The notes beneath the pieces were generated by a model that saw only the letters and a program-made list of their open reading frames with translations, made no database searches and was not told where the DNA came from. 38,512 nucleotides of DNA from Victivallales bacterium Lenti_02. Lineage in GTDB: Bacteria; Verrucomicrobiota; Lentisphaeria; Oligosphaerales; Lenti-02. Shown one piece after another: positions 8,543 through 15,787 of this stretch (positions are counted from its first letter, which is position 1; each line of letters opens with the position of its first letter). The stretch is from NCBI GenBank assembly GCA_001603055.1, contig LVAZ01000131.1:1-38512 (forward strand). Direction: 5' to 3'. Position numbers and translations under genes: made by a program.

Positions 8543-9922
8543 TCAGCCCGCCTCGCCCAGATCATATTCGGCGGCGTAGTAGGGGTGCTCGGGATCGAAT
8601 TCGGTGAGGGGCTTGGCGTCTGCGACGCGCCCAATGGGACGGCAATTCTGGCCGACTACACCCGTGCCGCTGTCGCCGAGGTCCTGGCGACAGGATTCGA
8701 TCAACGCCATGAGTTCAGCCACGACCTCGGGATGCTGGTCGTAGAGATTGGTCGTTTCGCCGACGTCGGCGCGCAGGTCGTAGAGTTCCTTGACCTCGGC
8801 ATCCTGCCGCCGAACAAAGAGCTTCCAGCGGTCCGTGCGCACGGCGTCGAGCTGGCTGCGGAAGAAATAGAAGAAACTGTTCCGGGGGGACTTCGCGCCG
8901 GGTTCGCCGAAAAGCAGGGGCCGGAGATCGCAGCCGTCGACGATGCGGTCCTGCGGTGCTTCGGTGCCCGCCAGCCGGGCCAGGGTGGGCAGGAGATCGA
9001 TGGAGGCGGCCAGTTCCGGACAGACCCGCCCGGCAGGAACCTGGCCGGGCCAGCGCATGATGCAGGGCAGCCGCTGCCCGCCGTCGAAGGTGGTGCCTTT
9101 GGTGCCCCGCAGGGGAGCGTTGCTGCCGCCCTCCCCACGCACCCGCGAACCGTTGTCGGAGGTGAAGATCACCAGGGTGTTTTCGTCGATTCCCAGCCGT
9201 TGCAGCTCCCGGAACAGCACCCCCGCCGCCCAGTCGACGCAGGCCACCGCCGCCCCGTAGCGGCCATTGCTCGATTCCCGCTCGAAACGGGGCTGCACAT
9301 AGATGGGCAGGTGCACATACATGTGCGCGAGGTAGAGAAAGAACGGCTCGTCGCGATGCTCGCGCAGGAAGCGGACGGACTCCTCGACGTAGCGCTCGGT
9401 CAGCCCGGCCTGATCGGGTTGCTCCTCGATCACCTCCTCGTCGCGGACCAGAGGCAGCGGCGGGAAATTGGACCGCCGTCCCGCCTGCCGACCCATGTCG
9501 TTGCTGAAGGGAATGCCGTAGTAGTGGTCGAACCCATGCCGGGTGGGCAGGAATGCAGGTTGGTCGCCGCAGTGCCACTTGCCCACGATCTGGGTGGCGT
9601 AGCCCTGCCGCTTGAGCAGCGTGGCGATAGTAGTCTCATTCGGGTTCAGACCCACTTCCTGACCGGGGAAAAGCACCCAGCGCCCGTCGAAGTCGTCGAA
9701 CCCGATCCGGGACGGGTAGCAGCCGGTCATCATCGCCCCGCGCGAGGGCGAACAGACCGGGGAGGCCATGTAGAAGTCGGTGAAGCGCAGCCCCTCGGCG
9801 GCCATGCGGTCCAGATAGGGCGTCCGGTTCACCGGCGAGCCGTAGCAGCCGAGATCGCCGTAGCCGAGATCGTCGCAATTGATGAGGATGATGTTCGGGC
9901 GGTCCTGGGCGGGGCGGGGCAT
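8543..9922 (-). CDS. Cys-type (formylglycine-dependent) sulfatase, with no obvious signal peptide
   Basis: '[19 protein letters not shown]' is followed by the C-x-P-x-R FGly motif in '[12 protein letters not shown]'. I placed the start at ATG 9922, preceded by AAGGAG on the - strand. The N-terminus '[10 protein letters not shown]' lacks a hydrophobic leader. Confidence 0.9.
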   Translation of the reverse strand: MPRPAQDRPNIILINCDDLGYGDLGCYGSPVNRTPYLDRMAAEGLRFTDFYMASPVCSPSRGAMMTGCYPSRIGFDDFDGRWVLFPGQEVGLNPNETTIATLLKRQGYATQIVGKWHCGDQPAFLPTRHGFDHYYGIPFSNDMGRQAGRRSNFPPLPLVRDEEVIEEQPDQAGLTERYVEESVRFLREHRDEPFFLYLAHMYVHLPIYVQPRFERESSNGRYGAAVACVDWAAGVLFRELQRLGIDENTLVIFTSDNGSRVRGEGGSNAPLRGTKGTTFDGGQRLPCIMRWPGQVPAGRVCPELAASIDLLPTLARLAGTEAPQDRIVDGCDLRPLLFGEPGAKSPRNSFFYFFRSQLDAVRTDRWKLFVRRQDAEVKELYDLRADVGETTNLYDQHPEVVAELMALIESCRQDLGDSGTGVVGQNCRPIGRVADAKPLTEFDPEHPYYAAEYDLGEAG

Positions 9923-10064
9923 GGGGAATCTCCTTGGGGAAACGACGGACTCTGCCTGAAACCATGCCACGCCTTGGCGCGAACGCAATCGGCCCCGGCT
10001 GGCATTCCGCCGGGGCAAAACTATGGTTTCGGGCCTGTTTCCGCAACCAAACGAGGACCCTACC

Positions 10065-10373
10065 ATGATCAACGTCATCGCCAGCATCCAGGTCAAGCCC
10101 GGCCAGGTCGAGCCCTTCCTGAAAATCTTCAAGGCCAACGTGCCCGCTGTCCTCGCCGAGGCCGGCTGCATCCGCTACGAGCCCACCCTGGACGTGGACA
10201 CCGGCCTCCCCCCCCAGGGCGGCGTCCGCCCCAACGTGGTCACCATCGTCGAAGCCTGGGAAAGCCTCGACCACCTCAAGGCCCACCTTGTCGCCCCCCA
10301 TATGAAGGCCTACAAGGAAGCCACCAAAGACATGACCACCGGCGTCACCCTCATGGTCACCGAGCCGGTCTAG
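10065..10373 (+). CDS. ABM-domain protein (antibiotic biosynthesis monooxygenase / YgiN-like)
   Basis: 102 aa. '[13 protein letters not shown]...' and '[23 protein letters not shown]' match the ferredoxin-like ABM fold signature. Confidence 0.8.
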   Translation: MINVIASIQVKPGQVEPFLKIFKANVPAVLAEAGCIRYEPTLDVDTGLPPQGGVRPNVVTIVEAWESLDHLKAHLVAPHMKAYKEATKDMTTGVTLMVTEPV

Positions 10374-10386
10374 TCGCCTAAGGCTT

Positions 10387-10465
10387 CCGCGAATGGACGC
10401 CAATGAACGCTAATGGAATACTAATCCCCACTCTTCCATTCGCGTAAATTCGCGTTCATTCGCGG
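10387..10465. repeat. 79-bp palindromic element, copy 1 (arms made of three 10-bp sub-repeats)
   Basis: The left arm is GCGAATGGAC GCCAATGAAC GCTAATGGAA. The right arm is TTCCATTCGC GTAAATTCGC GTTCATTCGC. The roughly 30-bp stem has a few mismatches or G-U pairs, and the loop is 15 nt. Confidence 0.9.
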
Positions 10466-10498
10466 CTCCTCCTACCCTTCCGGCAGGAAGCATGGCAA

Positions 10499-10567
10499 CC
10501 GCGAATGGACGCCAATGAACGCCAATGGATTCCTATTCCATTCGCGTGAATTCGCGTTCATTCGCGG
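10499..10567. repeat. 69-bp palindromic element, copy 2
   Basis: Its arms are near-identical to those of copy 1, but the loop is shorter. It starts exactly 112 bp after copy 1 and ends 6 nt before the queA stop codon. Confidence 0.9.
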
Positions 10568-10573
10568 CTCGTT

Positions 10574-11614
10574 CTACGCTTCCGGGAGGAGGAGCATGGC
10601 GTCGCCGTAGCTGTAGAAGCGGAGACGCTCCTGGACGGCTAGACGGTAGGCGTTCATGACCTGCTCGGGGGTGGCGAAGCAGCTTACCAGCATGAGCAGG
10701 GTCGAACGGGGAAGGTGGAAATTGGTCAGCAGGCCGTCCACCGCCAGGGGTTTCTTGGGGGGATGGAGAAAGATGCGGGTGCGGCCCCGTTCGGCGCGGA
10801 CTTGGCGGGTGGCGGGATCGACGCAGCTTTCGAGGGTGCGGACGGAGGTGGTGCCGACGGCGAAGACGCGCCCTCCCCCGCGCCGGGTGGCGTTGATGGT
10901 GGCCGCCGCCTCGGGACTGATTTCATACACTTCCTCGTGCATGACGTGGTCCTCGATGCGCTCGGCCTTGACCGGCTGGAAGGTGCCCGGTCCCACATGG
11001 AGGGTGATGCGGACGAGCTGCACGCCCTGCGCGGCGACGGCGGCGAGGATTTCGGGGGTGAAATGGAGCCCGGCGGTGGGCGCGGCCACGGCCCCGGGTT
11101 TTTCCGCGTAGACCGTCTGGTAGCGTTCCAGGTCCTCGGCGGAGGCTTCGCGCTGGATGTAGGGCGGCAGCGGCACCCGGCCAGCCCGTTCGAGCAGGGC
11201 CAGCACGTCGTCCGTGTCGAATTCGACCTCGAAGGTGCCGTCGTCGCGGCGTTCGCGGACGACGAAGGTGTGGTCCTCGTTGTCCAGGCGGACCCTGGCA
11301 CCGGGATTCAACCGCCGACCGGGGCGCAGGAGACACTGCCAGCGGGAGGGGCCGCGCTCTTCGAGGAGAAAGGCCTCGGCCCGCCCCCCGCTCGGCTCGC
11401 GCCGTCCGAACAGCCGGGCGGCGATGACGCGGGTGTCGTTCAGCACCAGGCAGTCGCCGGGGCGGACGAATTCCGGGAAATCGGCGAAGCCCCGCAGTTG
11501 GCAGCGGCCCGTGTCCCGGCCCATGACCAGCAGGCGGGACTGGTCGCGCCGGGCGGCGGGACGCTGGGCGATGAGTTCCTCGGGGAGATGGTAGTCGAAG
11601 TCGCTGACGTTCAT
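10574..11614 (-). CDS. queA: S-adenosylmethionine:tRNA ribosyltransferase-isomerase
   Basis: 346 aa. The N-terminus 'FDYHLPEELIAQRPA...R..SRLLV' is classic for QueA, and the family blocks 'LPPYI', 'YQTVYA' and 'APTAGLHFT' are present. Confidence 0.95.
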   Translation of the reverse strand: MNVSDFDYHLPEELIAQRPAARRDQSRLLVMGRDTGRCQLRGFADFPEFVRPGDCLVLNDTRVIAARLFGRREPSGGRAEAFLLEERGPSRWQCLLRPGRRLNPGARVRLDNEDHTFVVRERRDDGTFEVEFDTDDVLALLERAGRVPLPPYIQREASAEDLERYQTVYAEKPGAVAAPTAGLHFTPEILAAVAAQGVQLVRITLHVGPGTFQPVKAERIEDHVMHEEVYEISPEAAATINATRRGGGRVFAVGTTSVRTLESCVDPATRQVRAERGRTRIFLHPPKKPLAVDGLLTNFHLPRSTLLMLVSCFATPEQVMNAYRLAVQERLRFYSYGDAMLLLPEA

Positions 11615-12069
11615 GCGCGGGAGCGGGTGGCGGAGGCGACGGCGCGCCGGGTTTCGCGCTCGTCCTCGCGCTTTTTGAGGTCCTGGCGCTTATCCCGCAC
11701 GTTCTTGCCCTGGCAGAGCCCGATTTCCACCTTGATGCGGCCCTTGTCCAGGTAGACCTTGAGGGGCGCGATGGTCAGCCCCTTGGCTTCGAGGGCCTGC
11801 TTGAGGCGCTGGATTTCCCGGCGGTGCATGAGCAGCTTGCGGTTGCGGACGGGCTCGTGGTTGTTGCGGTTGCCCTGCTCGTAGGGGGCGATGTGGCTGC
11901 CGACCAGCCAGAGTTCGCCGTCGTTGACGCGGGCATAGGCCTCGGCGAGCGAAATGTTTTTCGCCCGGCAGGACTTCACTTCCGTGCCGGTGAGCACGAT
12001 ACCAGCCTCGAACGCCTCGATGATATGGTACTCGTGCCGGGCCCGGCGGTTCTCGGTCAAAACTTTCAT
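11611..12069 (-). CDS. smpB: SsrA-binding protein
   Basis: 152 aa. 'NRRARHEYHI...EAGIVLTGTEVKS', 'APY' and 'H...R.RKLL.HRREI' match the family. It has ATGA start/stop overlaps with both neighbours. Confidence 0.95.
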   Translation of the reverse strand: MKVLTENRRARHEYHIIEAFEAGIVLTGTEVKSCRAKNISLAEAYARVNDGELWLVGSHIAPYEQGNRNNHEPVRNRKLLMHRREIQRLKQALEAKGLTIAPLKVYLDKGRIKVEIGLCQGKNVRDKRQDLKKREDERETRRAVASATRSRA

Positions 12070-13112
12070 TGCTCCTCGCCGATCTCGATCATGGCTTTCA
12101 GCACGCCGTCGGCGTAGCTGTCCACCAGATCGAAGGCCTCCTTGGTGCGGGACAGGGGGAAGCGGTGCGTCACCATGAAGGCGGGGTCCACGCGGCCCTC
12201 GACCACCATATCCAGCGCCCGCTGGACGCAGGCGTTCTGGCGGCGCACGTTCTGGATGCAGATTTCGCTCCGGCGGCCGATTTCGGCCAGGAAGGTGTAG
12301 CGGTCGAATTCGGGAATGCCGATGAGCATGAGCTTGCCGCCGGGCTTGAGCAGGCGCATGGCCTGGTCCAGAGCCTCCTGCTGGCCGCAGCACTCGAAGA
12401 CCACATCGAGCAGCAGAGGCTCGCGGGCCTGGATTTCCGCCACCACGTCCACCTGGTCGGGGTTGCCGGTCCAGCAGGCACCGTGGCCGGCGGCGAGTGC
12501 GAGCCGCGCGTCGATCTTGTCGACGGCGTAGACGGCGGCGGCACCCTCGGCCAGGGCGGGCAGCATGACGCTGAAGCCAATGGGCCCCATGCCGAAAATA
12601 CCCACTTTGGCCCCCGGCATAGGGATGGACTGCTTCACCGCGTAGACGCCGATGGAAAGGGGCTCGATCAGAGCCGCCTCGGCCATGCTCATGTGGTCCG
12701 GAATCGGGAAACAGCATTCCTCGGGCATCACCAGCCGGTCGCTGAGGCAGCCGTCGAGCTGGTCGGGGCAGCCCAAATACTTGAGTTTGCGGCAGGTGTG
12801 CTCGCGCCCGGCCAGGCACTGGTCGCACTGATGGCAGGGAACGGGGGGATCGATGGCGACCCGGTCGCCGGGCTTGACCCGCGTCACCTCCGGACCGACC
12901 GCGAGCACCACGCCCGCGCCCTCGTGGCCGACGGTGAAGGGATGCTTCACCACCTGGCTGCCGATGCGGCCGGTGGTGTAGTAGTGGACATCGGAACCGC
13001 AGACGCCGACGGCCCGCATGGCCAGCAGCACGTCGTCCGGACGCCGGATTTCGGGTTCGGGAACCTCGCGCAGGGCCATCTGACGCAGAGCGGTAAGCTG
13101 GGCAGCTTGCAT
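12066..13112 (-). CDS. zinc-dependent medium-chain dehydrogenase (sorbitol / L-threonine dehydrogenase-like)
   Basis: 'GVCGSDVHYY', 'GHEGAGVV' and the structural-Zn Cys cluster 'CHQCDQCLAGREHTC' are present. I placed the start at ATG 13112 (MQAAQL...). The alternative ATG at 13142 adds 10 aa. Confidence 0.85.
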   Translation of the reverse strand: MQAAQLTALRQMALREVPEPEIRRPDDVLLAMRAVGVCGSDVHYYTTGRIGSQVVKHPFTVGHEGAGVVLAVGPEVTRVKPGDRVAIDPPVPCHQCDQCLAGREHTCRKLKYLGCPDQLDGCLSDRLVMPEECCFPIPDHMSMAEAALIEPLSIGVYAVKQSIPMPGAKVGIFGMGPIGFSVMLPALAEGAAAVYAVDKIDARLALAAGHGACWTGNPDQVDVVAEIQAREPLLLDVVFECCGQQEALDQAMRLLKPGGKLMLIGIPEFDRYTFLAEIGRRSEICIQNVRRQNACVQRALDMVVEGRVDPAFMVTHRFPLSRTKEAFDLVDSYADGVLKAMIEIGEEQ

Positions 13113-13299
13113 GATGAAAGAAAACTCCGTTTCGTAGTGCATCGCCGATTTCGGGCGGCAACCCTATACCTTAGTCTCGGCGGGCCGAAGCGCAAAAGGC
13201 GGCGACCGCTCCGCGCGCCCCGTTGATTTTCCCGCAAGGCTGGCTTTATTTGCCTGCGAGCGACGCCTCTTCATTCCTCCCCGAAAAAGGACCAAGATC

Positions 13300-14670
13300 A
13301 TGGAATTCCTCGGCCCCAACTACCTTATCGGCAATCAGACCGGCCTGGCGCTCTTCGCGAGCATCAAGGACCTGCCCATCATCGACGCCCACAACCACGC
13401 CGACGTGAAGGCGATCTGGGAAAACGGCAACTTCAGCGACATCTGGCAGGCCGAGGCCGCCACCGACCACTATGTCTGGGAATGCCTGCGCAAACGCGGC
13501 GTCACGGAAGAGTTCCTGACCGGCAAGGACCGCACCAACGAGGAGAAATGGCTGGCCCTGGCCGAGGTGTTCGACGAGTTGGTCGGCAATCCCACCTACG
13601 AGTGGGTCCATCTCGATCTCAAGCGTCTGCTCGGCATCGACGAGCTGATCTGCGCCGAGAACGGCAAGCTCATCTGGGACAAGGCCAAGGCCGCCCTCGC
13701 CCGACCCGAGATGCGCCAGCAGCAAATGCTACAGGCCATGAATGTCGAAGTGATGTGCTCGACCGACGACCCGGTGGACTCCCTCGAATACCACCGCAAG
13801 CTGGCCGAGGCCAAATGCCCCGTCCGGGTGCTCCCGACCTTCCGCCCGGACAAGGCGATGAACATCTTCAAGCCCGACTGGCGCGAGTACATTGGCAAGC
13901 TCGAAGCCTGCGTCGGCACCACCTTCGAGTCGGTCCTCGATCTGGTCGCCGCCCTGCAGCAGCGCCATGACTACTTCGCCGAAAACGGCTGCGTGGCCAG
14001 CGACCACGGCGTCGAAGTCCCCTTCGCCTTCGATGTCGAGGAGGAGGACGCCGACGAAATCTTCCGCAAGGCCTACGCCGGACACGAACTCGAGGATGAT
14101 GAAGCCGTTCTCTTCATGTCCTACCTGCTCAACGAAGTGGCGGAGATGGACGCCGACAAGGGCTGGGTCTTCCAGCTTCACATCGGCGCGGTGCGCGATG
14201 TGCGCGATTCGCTGTTCGACGAGATCGGGCCGGACACCGGCGGCGACATTTCCGACCACATGACCGACATCGTCACCCCCCTGCGCGACCTGCTCAACCG
14301 GTTCGACGACCGGCTCGACATCGTGCTCTACAACCTGAACCCCGTCCACACCGGCACCCTGGCCCAGCTCACCCGCGCCTTTGGTGCCCGGGTGAATCTC
14401 GGTCTGGCCTGGTGGCTGAACGACTCGCCCATCGGCATGAAGCGCCAGCTCGAATACGTGGGCAGCGTGGATGTGCTGATGAACATGGCCGGGATGGTCT
14501 CCGACTCCCGCAAGGTTCCCTCCTACGCTTCCCGCCACGAGATGTTCCGGCGGGTGCTGGCCGACGTGGTCGGCGAGATGGTCGAAAGGGGCCAGATGCC
14601 CCTGCCCCTGGCCGAACGCCTCGTGCGCACCCTCGCCTACGAACGCCCCAAGCAGCTCTTCAAGCTCTAG
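13300..14670 (+). CDS. uxaC: glucuronate (uronate) isomerase
   Basis: 456 aa. The N-terminal 'LPIIDAHNH' matches the position of the canonical 'LPIIDYHCH'. 'DHYVWECLRKRGV' and the overall length are typical of UxaC. Confidence 0.88.
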   Translation: MEFLGPNYLIGNQTGLALFASIKDLPIIDAHNHADVKAIWENGNFSDIWQAEAATDHYVWECLRKRGVTEEFLTGKDRTNEEKWLALAEVFDELVGNPTYEWVHLDLKRLLGIDELICAENGKLIWDKAKAALARPEMRQQQMLQAMNVEVMCSTDDPVDSLEYHRKLAEAKCPVRVLPTFRPDKAMNIFKPDWREYIGKLEACVGTTFESVLDLVAALQQRHDYFAENGCVASDHGVEVPFAFDVEEEDADEIFRKAYAGHELEDDEAVLFMSYLLNEVAEMDADKGWVFQLHIGAVRDVRDSLFDEIGPDTGGDISDHMTDIVTPLRDLLNRFDDRLDIVLYNLNPVHTGTLAQLTRAFGARVNLGLAWWLNDSPIGMKRQLEYVGSVDVLMNMAGMVSDSRKVPSYASRHEMFRRVLADVVGEMVERGQMPLPLAERLVRTLAYERPKQLFKL

Positions 14671-14709
14671 GTCAACGTCCGGCGGCTCGGTGTCCGGGAG
14701 GCAGCGCCC

Positions 14710-15768
14710 GTGAAACGCAACGTGGAGATCGAGCCCGCCTGGCGAGATATGCTCCGCCAAGCCATCGCCGAACAGGCCTTTCCCGGTGCCGTCCTCTGCG
14801 TCGGCTCCGGGAAAGGGGTTCTGGCCACCGTCGTGGCGGGCTGGCACACCTACGAGCGGCAGCGGGAGACGCGGGCCGCCGACCTCTTCGACCTCGCCTC
14901 GCTGACCAAGGTGGTCGGCACCACCACCGCCGCCATGCGCCTGCATGGTCGGGGACAACTCGATCTCGCCGCCCCCGTGGCGGAGCTGATGCCGGACTTC
15001 GCGGCCCCCGGCGTGACGGTTGCCCATCTGCTCGCCCATGCCTCCGGCCTGCCCGCCTATGTCCCCTTCCACCGGGAACCGGCCGGTTCCCCCGCCGAAC
15101 AGCGGGCGCGGGTGCTGGCGACGCCCCTGGCAACTCTGCCCGGCCAGCAGACCCTCTACTCGGACATCGGCATGATGGTCCTGGGCTATCTGCTCGCCGA
15201 CGTGACCGGGCTTGCCTTGGACAAACTGGTCCAGGCGGAAGTCTGCGCCCCCCTAGGGATGGCGGAAACCCGGTTTTGTCCCTCTGCCGATCTGTTTACC
15301 CGCTGCGTGCCCACCGAATGCGGCGCGGACGGCATTCCCCGCCAAGGCGCGGTCCACGACGAGAACGCCGCCTGGCTCGGGGGCGTGGCGGGCCACGCCG
15401 GACTCTTCGCACCGGCGGCGGACCTAGCCCGGCTGGCCGTCTGCCTGCTCCGCGGCGGGGAATCCGTATTCGTTCCCGACACCCTGGCCCGTTTCAACCG
15501 TCCGGCGGAAATCGTCCCCGGTTCCAGCCGCTGCCTGGGCTGGGACGGAGTCGGGGAAAACTGCTCCGGCGGGCGTTTGCTGGGGCCCCATGCCTACGGG
15601 CACACCGGGTTCACCGGCACCTCGCTCTGGATTGATCCCGACCAAGACCGCTTTGTGATTCTGCTCACCAACGCCGTCCACCCCCAGCGCCAGGACAAGG
15701 CGAGCCGGTTCTTCCCCTGGCGACGGCGCATCCACGAAACCGTCTGCCAATCCCTGGACATTTCCTGA
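14710..15768 (+). CDS. beta-lactamase-fold serine hydrolase (paralogue of 187-1212)
   Basis: The GTG start follows GGGAGG. The S-x-x-K motif is in 'FDLASLTKVV'. The C-terminal 'GHTGFTGTSLWIDPD...LLTN' is present. Confidence 0.85.
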   Translation: MKRNVEIEPAWRDMLRQAIAEQAFPGAVLCVGSGKGVLATVVAGWHTYERQRETRAADLFDLASLTKVVGTTTAAMRLHGRGQLDLAAPVAELMPDFAAPGVTVAHLLAHASGLPAYVPFHREPAGSPAEQRARVLATPLATLPGQQTLYSDIGMMVLGYLLADVTGLALDKLVQAEVCAPLGMAETRFCPSADLFTRCVPTECGADGIPRQGAVHDENAAWLGGVAGHAGLFAPAADLARLAVCLLRGGESVFVPDTLARFNRPAEIVPGSSRCLGWDGVGENCSGGRLLGPHAYGHTGFTGTSLWIDPDQDRFVILLTNAVHPQRQDKASRFFPWRRRIHETVCQSLDIS

Positions 15769-15787
15769 CCGTCCCCGGAGTGAATTC

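Noticed and set aside
9923-10171. N-terminal extension of the sulfatase containing a lipobox-like '[13 protein letters not shown]'
   Set aside because: The extension would overlap the ABM gene start on the other strand. It uses rare AGG/AGA/ATA/TTG codons, and my hand count gives only 35 of 52 codons ending in G/C. A strong AAGGAG sits right before ATG 9922. The shorter, leaderless form is preferred, but this is uncertain.
11611-13161. 516-aa ORF suggesting a large fusion protein containing SmpB
   Set aside because: Only the last 152 codons match SmpB. The upstream part is an off-frame shadow of the Zn-dehydrogenase gene, whose stop overlaps the smpB ATG.
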